Shown one piece after another: positions 1 to 8,573 of a stretch of 64,000 nt of DNA. The DNA is taken from contig CAZFKS010000004.1 of the NCBI GenBank assembly GCA_964519725.1, forward strand, positions 11,848 to 75,847. Reading direction: 5' to 3'. Both the position numbers and the translations under genes were made by a program. Origin of the DNA: an uncultured Gammaproteobacteria bacterium (GTDB lineage: Bacteria > Patescibacteriota > Patescibacteriia > Magasanikbacterales > UBA922). The notes beneath the pieces are model-generated. The model did no database searches and was not told where the DNA came from. It saw only the letters and a program-made list of their open reading frames with translations. The number at the start of each line of letters is the position of its first letter. The stretch's first letter is position 1.

Positions 1-1198
1 TTGGTGTCAAAATTGCTGTGCCTTTTTTGGGAGTTAAAATATTTTTAATACCAGTTGTTTCTGATTCCGTTGGATTGCTCGCTACCTGCGCTCCGACTGG
101 AGTGAACACATTTTTAATCGCACTGTTAATGGCGATAAAATTTCCAGTTTTTGGGGCCAGCATAAATGCGCCACCATCTGAAAAATAATTTACTAAAAAG
201 CCATTTGGACTAGTGTCTAAGACCATGGAATTAACATTTTCTGTGCCAATACTTTTGCCTAGGCGAGCAAGTGAAACTAACTCACTAAATTCCATGTTAG
301 TGGTCAGGTGGCTTTCTAGGTCAGTTAAAATATTAGTCACAGTAATTGGATTGGCAATTACACCCACATCAGTAATTTGATCTTTGAGCGCAGTTAGGAT
401 TTTTTGTTGACGGCGAGCGCGCGCAAAATCTGAACCCTCACCATTGTTACCGTGACGTGAGCGGGCAAAAGTGAGCGCAGTCTTACCATCCAAAGTTTGT
501 TCACCAGCTTTAAAGGTAACGGTTTGATATTCACTATTTGGGGCTGGGAACATTGGGTCAGTAAAAGCTTGGTCAACGGTAACTTTCACACCGCCAAGTT
601 CGTCAATAATTTCTTCAAAGGCTTTGAAATCCAAGCGAATGTAATACGGAATATCAAGGTCAAAAGTTTTGGAAATTAATTCAGTCGCGGCTGCCCCACC
701 CCAATCTGGTTGCTTAAGTTCGCCGTAGGCATTCACGTGATTAATTTTTTGTTGACCATAACCAGGAATAGAAACGCCTAGGTCGCGCGGAATGGAAATG
801 AGCGCAATTTGTTTAGTGGATGGTTTGATGCTGGCAATCATGATGGTGTCAGTCAAATATGGACCGTCATGACCAGCGCCGCCCATACCCAGAAGGAGAA
901 CATTAATCCGGTCATCTTTGGCCCCAGCTAGGTCTGCACCAGTGTCGTCATGGTTAAACGCGAGTAAACTAATTTTTTTTAAAAGATTTTGTGGTTTTTT
1001 TGGTTCCAAAGTAACACGGCTGCGCACATCATCACCTGGACTACTTAAAACATGATTTAACCACAAGTAACCAAAAAGTAGCCCAAATCCAACCAAGGCT
1101 AACAATAAAAATAGCGCTGGGCGCCGGCGTTTAGGTTGGCTTTCGGGAGGAGCAGACTGAGAGGGAGAGGATGACTCTGAAGCGCTCGCACCGGTCAT
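1..1198 (-). CDS. LytR-CpsA-Psr (LCP) family cell-envelope protein, partial; the 3' end runs off the window start
   Basis: Minus-strand ORF starts at ATG 1198 and translates as MTGASASES...LLLGMGGAGHDGPYLTDTIMIASIKP, the LCP family signature. It has an N-terminal TM segment. It is absent from the ORF track because the stop lies outside the window. Confidence 0.65.
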   Translation of the reverse strand, partial: MTGASASESSSPSQSAPPESQPKRRRPALFLLLALVGFGLLFGYLWLNHVLSSPGDDVRSRVTLEPKKPQNLLKKISLLAFNHDDTGADLAGAKDDRINVLLLGMGGAGHDGPYLTDTIMIASIKPSTKQIALISIPRDLGVSIPGYGQQKINHVNAYGELKQPDWGGAAATELISKTFDLDIPYYIRLDFKAFEEIIDELGGVKVTVDQAFTDPMFPAPNSEYQTVTFKAGEQTLDGKTALTFARSRHGNNGEGSDFARARRQQKILTALKDQITDVGVIANPITVTNILTDLESHLTTNMEFSELVSLARLGKSIGTENVNSMVLDTSPNGFLVNYFSDGGAFMLAPKTGNFIAINSAIKNVFTPVGAQVASNPTESETTGIKNILTPKKGTAILTP

Positions 1199-1266
1199 AA
1201 AATTGATCGCGTTTGGTGCCATAGTTGTTCTTATTATAGCCAAAAATTCGGGTTTTGGCAATGGGC

Positions 1267-1294
1267 TTGATTTTCTATTTTTATTTGCTATGAT
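1267..1294 (+). promoter_or_regulatory. sigma70-like promoter (TTGATT, 16-nt spacer, TATGAT) driving a high-GC ORF
   Basis: The -35 element is at 1267-1272 and the -10 at 1289-1294. A GGAGG RBS at 1312-1316 sits 8 nt before ATG 1325. Confidence 0.4.
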
Positions 1295-1324
1295 AAGCGA
1301 TAATTTTGGGACGGAGGTAGCCCG

Positions 1325-1771
1325 ATGGACATGTTCCGGTTCAATCCGGGTTTGGCCGGTGTGTACGCACAGGTTGGCGTGATCGTCGAGGCTATGCACC
1401 TCCTGGCAGACGCAATTGCGACTGCGCCTGGTGGTTATAACCCGTACATCACGCTGCGACAGCAATTGGACAGCCGGAGGCGTTCCCTCAGAGAGCATGC
1501 TGAACACGTGACCGACCTCTTGAAGGTGGTCAGTCAGAGTTTTATGACCCTGCATTACCTGTTCGAGGGCGGTGAGCTGAGCGAAAGCCTCAGCTTCCAG
1601 TTGTCCTTCTGGCCGCTCTTTGATTGGGCCAGGAAGCACTTCCTCAACGAGGCTGGCTACGACACCAAGTGTGAGACCTTGCTCAACCAGATGGTTGAGA
1701 CCACGTTCAAGCTCAATGAAGTGTTGGTTCGGATCGAGGACGTGATCCGGTCGGAGAACATCCTGCAGTGA
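1325..1771 (+). CDS. hypothetical protein (148 aa) in a high-GC cassette, likely horizontally acquired
   Basis: ORF-track ORF. Its GC content and codon usage (ggc, cgc, ctc, gac) contrast sharply with the flanking AT-rich genes. It has its own promoter, RBS and terminator. No family recognised. Confidence 0.55.
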   Translation: MDMFRFNPGLAGVYAQVGVIVEAMHLLADAIATAPGGYNPYITLRQQLDSRRRSLREHAEHVTDLLKVVSQSFMTLHYLFEGGELSESLSFQLSFWPLFDWARKHFLNEAGYDTKCETLLNQMVETTFKLNEVLVRIEDVIRSENILQ

Positions 1772-1801
1772 CACATCAGACCAAAACGAAAGGAGGTGCA
1801 C

Positions 1802-1831
1802 AAAAAAAGATAGTCACGACTGTCTTTTTTT
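1802..1831 (+). terminator. rho-independent terminator
   Basis: A-tract, then hairpin gatagtc-acg-gactgtc (one U-G wobble), then a T7 run. Confidence 0.6.
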
Positions 1832-1883
1832 GTTATAATTTCTTTATATGCCGCAAATTATTGGAAAACCAGGAGTTGAAGTA

Positions 1884-2357
1884 ATGACTGGCAGTGTGCT
1901 GCACACTTGGCAAGTCACTGAATACGAACGTCATGATCGGCCAACCGCTTGGTACGTGGTTATGCTTATTGTTGGAGTGTTTTTGGTGGGTTATGGGCTC
2001 CTGACTAATAATTTTTTGTTTGCCCTGATTGTGGTTTTGTTTGCGATTATTATGTTTTTGCAATCGCACCAAGAACCACACCAAATTCCATTTACCATTA
2101 CTGATTTAGGGGTAATTATTAACAATCGGTTTTATCCGTATTCAGAAATTTCGGATTTTTATATTATTTATAATACAGAAGTAAAAATTTTATTTTTGGA
2201 GCCAGAAAGTAGCCTACGGCCCCGCATTCGCGTGAGCCTTATTGACCAGGATCCACTTGAGATTAAGTTCACTTTGCGCCAGTATTTAATGGAAAATACG
2301 AGCAAAGAAGAGGAGCCGTTTTCTGACCGGATTGCCCGGGAGTGGAAGCTTCATTGA
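1884..2357 (+). CDS. hypothetical membrane protein (two TM helices)
   Basis: ORF-track ORF 1848..2357. An in-frame ATG at 1884 has a better RBS (aggag, 8 nt). An extended -10 (TGtTATAAT, 1831-1839) lies just upstream. The hydrophobic stretch is WYVVMLIVGVFLVGYGLL...LFALIVVLFAIIMFL. Confidence 0.5.
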   Translation: MTGSVLHTWQVTEYERHDRPTAWYVVMLIVGVFLVGYGLLTNNFLFALIVVLFAIIMFLQSHQEPHQIPFTITDLGVIINNRFYPYSEISDFYIIYNTEVKILFLEPESSLRPRIRVSLIDQDPLEIKFTLRQYLMENTSKEEEPFSDRIAREWKLH

Positions 2358-2396
2358 CTTTTTCCGCGCGTTTGCTATACTGATGGGGCTAAATAA

Positions 2397-2471
2397 GCAC
2401 CCGTCGTTCAATGGATAGGACAAGAGTTTGCGGAACTCTAGATCTAAGTTCGATTCTTAGCGGGTGCACCA
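2397..2471 (+). tRNA. tRNA-Arg, anticodon GCG as read, with encoded CCA
   Basis: Hand-folded cloverleaf. Acceptor GCACCCG/CGGGTGC, D-loop AATGGATA, anticodon stem AGAGT/ACTCT, loop TTGCGGA, T-loop TTCGATT, discriminator A, CCA. The overall sequence closely resembles a canonical bacterial tRNA-Arg. Confidence 0.7.
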
Positions 2472-2527
2472 CTAGACTACCTTAAGAGGTGGTTTTTTGT
2501 TTCTTGGGGAAATGTTAAAATAAAAGC

Positions 2528-4561
2528 ATGCTCAAACTAGAAACTTCAGTTACTGAAATTAACCGAGTGGGGGAGACTTTGGCCGCGCGCCTGAAGCGCC
2601 TGGGAATTTTTACGGTGCGCGATCTTTTGTATTATTTTCCGTTTCGGTATGAAGATTTTTCACAGGTGAGTCAGATTCGGGGCCTACAGGCAAATCAATT
2701 GGTGACAATTGCGGTGCGAATTGAAATGATTGCGGCCAAGCGGAGTCCGCGTCGGCGTGCGCTTCTCACTGAAGCCGTGGTGTCAGACGCAAGTGACCGA
2801 TTAAAAGTGGTGTGGTTTAATCAGCCTTATATTGCCAAAACTTTGGCCGTTGGTGACCAGGTGTATTTGTCTGGCAAAGTGACCGTGGATCGATACGGGA
2901 TTTCTTTAGTCAATCCTAGTTATGAGCGGATTAAGCCAGATACAGTGCATACCGCGCGCGTGGTGCCGCTCTATCCACTGACTGATGGGGTGACGCAAAA
3001 ACAATTGCGGTATTTGCTGAGTGAGGTGATTGGTCTCGCGGCGGAAGTGCCAGAGTGGATTCCAGATGAAATTTTAAAACGAGTGGAATTAATTTCTTTG
3101 CCCGAAGCGCTTAAAGAAATTCATTTTCCAGTTAATCAAAAAAGTTTAGCCACTAGTTTAGCGCGGTTAAAATTTGATGAATTATTTTTACTGCAACTGC
3201 GCGCGGAAATGTTGCGGCAGCAATTGGCGCGGGTGAAAGCACCAGTGATTAAATTTTTGGCTGACAAAATTAAAAATTTTGTGGCTGGTTTACCATTTGA
3301 ATTAACCAAAGACCAGCGCGTGGCCGCCTGGGAAATTTTTCAGGATTTGGAAAAAAGCGAACCAATGAATCGGCTGCTGGAAGGTGACGTTGGGTCAGGA
3401 AAAACCGCGGTCGCGGCTATGGCCTTGTTTTTAGCCGCTGAAACTGGGCATCAAGCCGCGCTAATGGCGCCAACGGAAATTTTGGCGAACCAACATTTTG
3501 AAACACTCAGTAAATTTTTTGCAAATAATAATTTTTCAATTAAATTAGTAACGCACAGTAAAGTGGCGAAAAAAAGTGATCGGGAAAAATTATATGAAGA
3601 AATTAAAAGTGGGGAAATTAACATTGTGATTGGGACGCACGCGTTACTTTCTGAGGGTGTGGAATTTAAAAATTTAGGTCTAGTAATTGTAGATGAACAG
3701 CATCGGTTTGGGGTGGCACAGCGGCGATTAGTAAAAGAAAAATCTGGTTTAAAAAACGCGGAGCCGCATTTTTTAAGTATGACCGCGACCCCAATTCCGC
3801 GGTCACTGGCGCTCACTTTGTATGGGGATTTGGCCTTGTCGCAACTGCGCGAAAAACCAGCTGGCCGATTACCAATTAAAACACGGGTGGTGGCGCCACA
3901 CCAGCGCCAAAAGGCGTATGAATTTATTCGCGAGCAAGTAAAAAATGGGCGACAAGTATTTGTCATTTGTCCAACCATTAATGCTGATGAAAAAAAGTCA
4001 GTGACCGTTGAGTATGAACATTTGGCCAATGATGTGTTTAAAGAATTACGGGTCGGATTTTTACATGGCAAAATGAAAGCAGTGGAAAAAGACGCAGCTA
4101 TGACCGCGTTTGCTAGTGGTGCAATTGATATTTTGGTAGCCACGTCAGTGGTAGAAGTAGGGGTGAATATTCCAAACGCCACCGTAATGATGATTGAGGG
4201 TGCTGAAGCGTTTGGACTTGCTCAATTACACCAATTCCGTGGACGGGTGGGTCGGAGTGATTGGCAATCATATTGTTTTTTATTTACTGATTCAGATTCT
4301 GAAAAAGCGAATCAACGTTTGGCATTTTTTGAAAAAACTACGGATGGTTTTGAATTGGCTGAATTTGATTTGGAAACGCGCGGACCAGGTGAAGTGTATG
4401 GCACGGTCCAAAGTGGGCTCATGCAATTAAAATTAGCGACTCTCCAGGACACTGATTTGATTAAAAAAGCGCGCGCGGCAGCCCGGGGGATTGATTTTAA
4501 AAAATATCCAGATTTGAAAAAAGCCGCGGCCAAGTGGGAAGCAGAAACGCACCGTGAATAA
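2528..4561 (+). CDS. recG: ATP-dependent DNA helicase RecG
   Basis: Walker A motif GDVGSGKT, DEQH box (VIVDEQHRFGV), helicase C-terminal motifs, and a RecG-type wedge domain at the N-terminus. Confidence 0.9.
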   Translation: MLKLETSVTEINRVGETLAARLKRLGIFTVRDLLYYFPFRYEDFSQVSQIRGLQANQLVTIAVRIEMIAAKRSPRRRALLTEAVVSDASDRLKVVWFNQPYIAKTLAVGDQVYLSGKVTVDRYGISLVNPSYERIKPDTVHTARVVPLYPLTDGVTQKQLRYLLSEVIGLAAEVPEWIPDEILKRVELISLPEALKEIHFPVNQKSLATSLARLKFDELFLLQLRAEMLRQQLARVKAPVIKFLADKIKNFVAGLPFELTKDQRVAAWEIFQDLEKSEPMNRLLEGDVGSGKTAVAAMALFLAAETGHQAALMAPTEILANQHFETLSKFFANNNFSIKLVTHSKVAKKSDREKLYEEIKSGEINIVIGTHALLSEGVEFKNLGLVIVDEQHRFGVAQRRLVKEKSGLKNAEPHFLSMTATPIPRSLALTLYGDLALSQLREKPAGRLPIKTRVVAPHQRQKAYEFIREQVKNGRQVFVICPTINADEKKSVTVEYEHLANDVFKELRVGFLHGKMKAVEKDAAMTAFASGAIDILVATSVVEVGVNIPNATVMMIEGAEAFGLAQLHQFRGRVGRSDWQSYCFLFTDSDSEKANQRLAFFEKTTDGFELAEFDLETRGPGEVYGTVQSGLMQLKLATLQDTDLIKKARAAARGIDFKKYPDLKKAAAKWEAETHRE

Positions 4562-4595
4562 AAAAGGGAAAACACTGATCAATCAAGTTCAAAGC

Positions 4596-4624
4596 TTGAC
4601 TTTTTTAATGTTTAATTGTATTTT
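4596..4624 (+). promoter_or_regulatory. promoter candidate (TTGACT, 17-nt spacer, TATTTT) for high-GC transcript 1
   Basis: It shares the 'cttgactttttt' -35 context with the promoters at 4975 and 33085 (minus strand). Confidence 0.35.
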
Positions 4625-4631
4625 CTTCATT

Positions 4632-4971
4632 AATTGGGCGACGATGCCCTAGAGGGAGAGAGCCGTGTGGATGATGGTCAACGTAAGCGGCAAGGTTAAG
4701 GAAGTCTGGATCTCCGAGGAAACAAAGGAGAAGCTAACCAGGCCCATCAAAGCTGATGGTCTACACCTGATTGGTTCTAGCTCTGGCGGAGGGCGTGTTC
4801 CTCCGCACGCACCGCGCCGTTAGCGACCACGAGAGTGTCGCGGTCCCGCTAGGGATTCCACGCTGGTCGAGGCTTATCGCCTCCCAGCCTGCCCTCCAAG
4901 AGCGGCCGACTGCTCGTGGAAGGCAGTCAAATCATAAATAAAAGCCTCTGACTAAATGTCAGAGGCTTTTT
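4632..4971 (+). ncRNA. candidate structured RNA, about 340 nt and high-GC, family unknown; may instead carry a 50-aa ORF at 4671..4823
   Basis: Promoter upstream. Dense GC hairpins include gggc-gacgat-gccc, gcggagg-gcgtgtt-cctccgc and gcgac-cacgagagt-gtcgc. No ORF of 60 aa or more in any frame. It ends at the intrinsic terminator 4941-4971 (gcctctgac-taaat-gtcagaggc followed by T5). A small ORF MMVNVSGKVKEVWISEETKEK... begins at 4671 with an upstream AGGGAGAG. Confidence 0.35.
4941..4971. terminator. bidirectional intrinsic terminator
   Basis: A 9-bp GC stem with A-tract on one side and T-tract on the other. The stem sequence gcctctgac/gtcagaggc recurs elsewhere in the window. Confidence 0.6.
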
Positions 4972-4974
4972 AAC

Positions 4975-5003
4975 TTGACTTTTTTGGTTTTGGGTGATTT
5001 AAT
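4975..5003 (+). promoter_or_regulatory. promoter (TTGACT, 17-nt spacer, TTTAAT) for high-GC transcript 2
   Basis: -35 at 4975-4980 and -10 at 4998-5003. It lies immediately downstream of the terminator. Confidence 0.4.
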
Positions 5004-5007
5004 CGCG

Positions 5008-5400
5008 CCTACGCCCAGCGGACTAGCTACCCGCAAGACATGGGCGCGAGGAGATCTCCATGAGTGAAGATGGCGGCGTTAAGCCGACCAAGCCCGGGGT
5101 GATTCGTCCCGGAAACCCCCCGAAAGGGGGCGAAGACGACTCGGGACCGACCACGGTCCCGGAGACGCCGAGATCACGGCGTCGAGTGCCTCGGTCCCTA
5201 CGCACGCCGGGCAGTGACTACGTGCGCGCCCCTGGCCTGACAGAGGGCGAGCCGTAAAGGGTGACACTGTCGCCACCCCGCCAAACTGCGGGGGCAGATT
5301 CCGCTTGATTCGCTCGCAAGAGTTCGAGTCAACAACACTCTCGGCCGCAGCGGAAGCGGCCAAATCCAAAATTAAAAAAAGCCCCGTGGTGGGGCTTTTT
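5008..5400 (+). ncRNA. candidate structured RNA, about 390 nt and high-GC, family unknown; contains a possible 65-aa Pro/Gly/Arg-rich ORF at 5060..5257
   Basis: A chain of independent GC hairpins: cccccgaaaggggg, gggaccg-acca-cggtccc, gacgccg-agatca-cggcgtc, cgcacg...cgtgcg, gggtg...caccc, ggccgc-agcggaa-gcggcc. It ends at terminator 5374-5400 (gcccc-gtggt-ggggc followed by T5). The internal ORF has GAGGAG 6 nt upstream of its ATG, but the peptide is low-complexity. Confidence 0.35.
5374..5400. terminator. bidirectional intrinsic terminator, also serving radA on the minus strand
   Basis: A7 tract, then gccccgtggtggggc, then T5. Confidence 0.6.
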
Positions 5401-5412
5401 AAATTAAACTTT

Positions 5413-6762
5413 TTAAGTGTGCGTAATTAATTCCGCAATATTTTTTACTTTGAGAATTCTTAAACTATCATCTTTTGTTTGTACACTCGCGGCAGTGATC
5501 ACACGCTTCATTCCCAGTGACGCTGCTTCACGGATACGTTTGTCTGAACTGGAAATCTGACGAACCTCACCACCCAAACCAACTTCACCAAAAACTACTA
5601 AATCATTGCCCAAGGCTTTGTCTTTGAATGAACTGGCAATGGCTAGGCACACGGCTAAATCAGCGCCTGGCTCACTAGCGCGCACACCACCAACAATGTT
5701 CACGTAAATGTCGTATTGGCCTAATTGGAGGCCAGCATTTTTTTCCAGGACTGCAGTTAAAACATGTAAACGATTTAAATCAAACCCCGAGGCTTTACGA
5801 ACCGGATAACCAAATACCGTTTTATTTACCAGCGCCTGAACCTCGATGAGCATTGGGCGCGTGCCTTCAAGTAAACAGGTTAAAATACTGCCTGGCACTG
5901 ATTCGCCGCGATCAGCAATGAATACGCCTGCAGGATTTTTGATTTCCGTGAGACCAGATTCGCGCATTTCAAAAATACCAACTTCATCAGTAGCGCCAAA
6001 GCGATTTTTAACGGTGCGGAGTAGACGATAACTGTGGTGACGCTCGCCCTCAAGATATAAAACCGTGTCCACCAAATGTTCAAGAGTGCGCGGACCAGCC
6101 ACTGTGCCTTCTTTGGTCACATGACCAATAATGACAATGGCAATGTTGTAAGTTTTGGCTACATTTAATAATTTGGTGGCCGCAGCGCGGACTTGGGTTG
6201 GGTTGCCAGTTTCACCGGGTAGGTCACTGGAACTAATGGTTTGAATAGAATCAACAATCGCAATGGCGGGCTTTTCGGCTACAATGGTGGCAGTAATAGT
6301 ATCAACATCAGTTTCTGACAGTACTAAAATTTGACCACTGTTTGGCGTGATCCGTTCCGCGCGCAGTTTAATTTGTTCAGCCGATTCTTCCCCAGAAATA
6401 TAGAGAGCGGGTGAAAGTAGGGAAGTCAGTTGGAGGGCCAAGGTGGATTTACCAATCCCAGGTTCTCCGCCTAGTAAAATAAGTGAGCCTGGGACAATCC
6501 CGCCGCCTAACACGCGGTCTAATTCACCTAGGCCAGTGGCCCGGCGTGGTGTATCTGAGGGTTTTACGCTACTCAGCGGGGTGGTTTTGCCAGCTTGTTT
6601 TTTAATTTCAGTGGCAGACGGAATTCCCGCTTTGGTTGGGGCGCTACTAATTGGTTCCTGGGGAATAGTGCCCCACTGACCACATTCTAAACAGCGCCCA
6701 GCCCATTTATGGTACTGCGCGCCGCAATGTGAACACTCGTAGATTGCTTCTGGCTTGGCCAT
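5413..6762 (-). CDS. radA: DNA repair protein RadA/Sms
   Basis: N-terminal C4 zinc finger (CSHCGAQYHKWAGRCLECGQW), Walker A GGEPGIGKST, and a Lon-like C-terminal domain. Confidence 0.9.
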   Translation of the reverse strand: MAKPEAIYECSHCGAQYHKWAGRCLECGQWGTIPQEPISSAPTKAGIPSATEIKKQAGKTTPLSSVKPSDTPRRATGLGELDRVLGGGIVPGSLILLGGEPGIGKSTLALQLTSLLSPALYISGEESAEQIKLRAERITPNSGQILVLSETDVDTITATIVAEKPAIAIVDSIQTISSSDLPGETGNPTQVRAAATKLLNVAKTYNIAIVIIGHVTKEGTVAGPRTLEHLVDTVLYLEGERHHSYRLLRTVKNRFGATDEVGIFEMRESGLTEIKNPAGVFIADRGESVPGSILTCLLEGTRPMLIEVQALVNKTVFGYPVRKASGFDLNRLHVLTAVLEKNAGLQLGQYDIYVNIVGGVRASEPGADLAVCLAIASSFKDKALGNDLVVFGEVGLGGEVRQISSSDKRIREAASLGMKRVITAASVQTKDDSLRILKVKNIAELITHT

Positions 6763-8573
6763 TAAATTTTATTTATGCATTTCTCGTACAGTGGAAAGGC
6801 TTTAGTAACGTAACTGAAATTTCTGACCTCGTCAATTGACTTAGCTAATTTTTTCTTAAACCCACCACAACCAGCATTGTAGGAAGCAAAGGTGCCTTTA
6901 ACCAGGTCGTCACCAGTTAAACCAGCTGCTTGCGCACAGGCATAATCATCTTTAACATGTAAGACAGTCACTTTGAGATTGGTGGTGGTATCAAGTAATT
7001 CAGGAATATTGTAACAGGTCTCTTTAATTTTTATGCCGCGCGCCCCATCGCAAGTACTGTTGCCATTAAAAGTGATTTGACCAGCCCCAAAACCATGAGT
7101 AAAGCGCCAATCTAGACCATAGTCAGGTGGGCTGTTGACAAATGTATCCGCATCATCGTTTATTGTTTTGGCTGAATTATATTTTTTATAATCATACTGA
7201 CTTGAGTCAGATACTGGTGGAGTAAAAGTCGCGCCACTGTATTTTTTACCACTGATTAAAAAAGTTTGACGGGCTTCAACTGGTTTAGTGTTGCGCCGGA
7301 AATTTTCATCATGACCAATTAAATTTTGTTTTCCACCTGATTCCATGGCCATGATGGTGTCCATGAAACATTTGGGCAGGCCAGCGTCTTGGCCAAATTT
7401 TTGCGCGTTGGCAATGGTCTCTGCTTGGCTGGGTGGGGCTGTGCCAGTAATTGATTGGAAAATGGCCGGGTCAATGGTGGTGTAATTAATTTCTTGCCCA
7501 AATACAAACGGTAAACTAATTTCCGCAAAGGAAACCAGCTTTGGGTTTACGGTGTATAAAATTGTGTACCCACCAATAGCGAGCATGAGGCCACTGATTG
7601 ATTGGACAATCATGGTGCGGGCTTCGTCTTTACTGCCGGTTGGAGTGGCCCACAAAAAGCCAGCAAAAATGAGCCGCGCTGTAGCGGCAATGCCAGCAAT
7701 GATGACAATGTATTTAAAACTGGCAGCTAAATATTCACCAATAAAAGGCATGGAAATAAAGACACTGCCGTCTGGTCTGGTTTCAACATCATCAACCGTT
7801 AAATTAGAAAAATTTAAACCGGGAATTTTAATTTTTGGAACCGGCTTAGAAACTAACGTTGCAATTTCATCATTACTTAATTTTTTTTGCACAATTTCGG
7901 CAGCTCCAGGAACTTCACTCGTAATACCTGAAGCACCAGAATTATTTAGGACAATTCCTTGTTGTGAACCAAAGCCTTCTTGGGTAATGGCCTGGAAAAT
8001 TAATTTATAACCAGTTGAATTGGTGTGCAGCACATCGCCACCATATTTTTCGTCCATGATATCATCGCCATTGGTGTCAAGGGTGTTGTAGAGATTGATA
8101 AACAAGTCAATTCCACCTGGTTTACCAGTCAGCCACGTATGATTTTTTTTCAAAAATTCAGCCTGCGCTTTATATGGTTGAGCACTGACCACAATGACGC
8201 GGGTATTTTGCGTTTCAGCCGCAGTGAAAATTTTCATTAAATTTTTTTGTCCAGTATTAACCGCGGCATTATCAATAAGGCCGTTCAGCCCTGCGTAGAT
8301 TACTAGGTCGGTGTAACCTTTGCCACTAACATTAGTTTCGTATTGCTTAACAAAATCAGCCGCATCGTCACCACTGTGTGCAAAACAATTAACGGTTGAG
8401 TCAGGCAAAAGTTCGGCTAATTTTTGGTCATAGTGGTAAGTTTTACACAGCGCTTCAAATGAAGATGAGCCGATCCAAGCAATTTTTTTACCTGCGGCTA
8501 AAGAAGAATAGGGAAGTAGGCTTAAAAGTAAGCTTAAACTCAGTACTATTTTTTTGACGTTTGCCAAGGTCAT
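6762..8573 (-). CDS. secreted, membrane-anchored multidomain protein: N-terminal SGNH/GDSL-like hydrolase-like region, central pilin-like TM module, C-terminal lytic-transglycosylase-like (SLT-like) domain
   Basis: Signal peptide, then the central block PKIKIPGLNFSN...PFIGEYLAASFKYIVIIAGIAATARLIFAGFLWA. The C-terminal motifs MAMESGG...GFGAGQ are reminiscent of the SLT catalytic Glu-Ser region. Domain assignment is by eye only. Confidence 0.5.
   Translation of the reverse strand: MTLANVKKIVLSLSLLLSLLPYSSLAAGKKIAWIGSSSFEALCKTYHYDQKLAELLPDSTVNCFAHSGDDAADFVKQYETNVSGKGYTDLVIYAGLNGLIDNAAVNTGQKNLMKIFTAAETQNTRVIVVSAQPYKAQAEFLKKNHTWLTGKPGGIDLFINLYNTLDTNGDDIMDEKYGGDVLHTNSTGYKLIFQAITQEGFGSQQGIVLNNSGASGITSEVPGAAEIVQKKLSNDEIATLVSKPVPKIKIPGLNFSNLTVDDVETRPDGSVFISMPFIGEYLAASFKYIVIIAGIAATARLIFAGFLWATPTGSKDEARTMIVQSISGLMLAIGGYTILYTVNPKLVSFAEISLPFVFGQEINYTTIDPAIFQSITGTAPPSQAETIANAQKFGQDAGLPKCFMDTIMAMESGGKQNLIGHDENFRRNTKPVEARQTFLISGKKYSGATFTPPVSDSSQYDYKKYNSAKTINDDADTFVNSPPDYGLDWRFTHGFGAGQITFNGNSTCDGARGIKIKETCYNIPELLDTTTNLKVTVLHVKDDYACAQAAGLTGDDLVKGTFASYNAGCGGFKKKLAKSIDEVRNFSYVTKAFPLYEKCINKI

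Noticed and set aside
3451-4182. 243-aa antisense ORF inside recG and similar antisense ORFs inside radA, clpB, dnaE and copA
   Set aside because: They lie entirely within well-supported genes on the opposite strand and have no RBS or promoter.
4632-5400. The high-GC intergenic block as RNase P RNA, tmRNA, SRP RNA or 6S RNA
   Set aside because: I could not find the defining motifs on either strand: GGAAAGUCC with the ACAGAA P4 helix; a tmRNA tag reading frame with a tRNA-like 3' end; or the SRP domain IV GGAA tetraloop context. Calling a known family would be unsupported.
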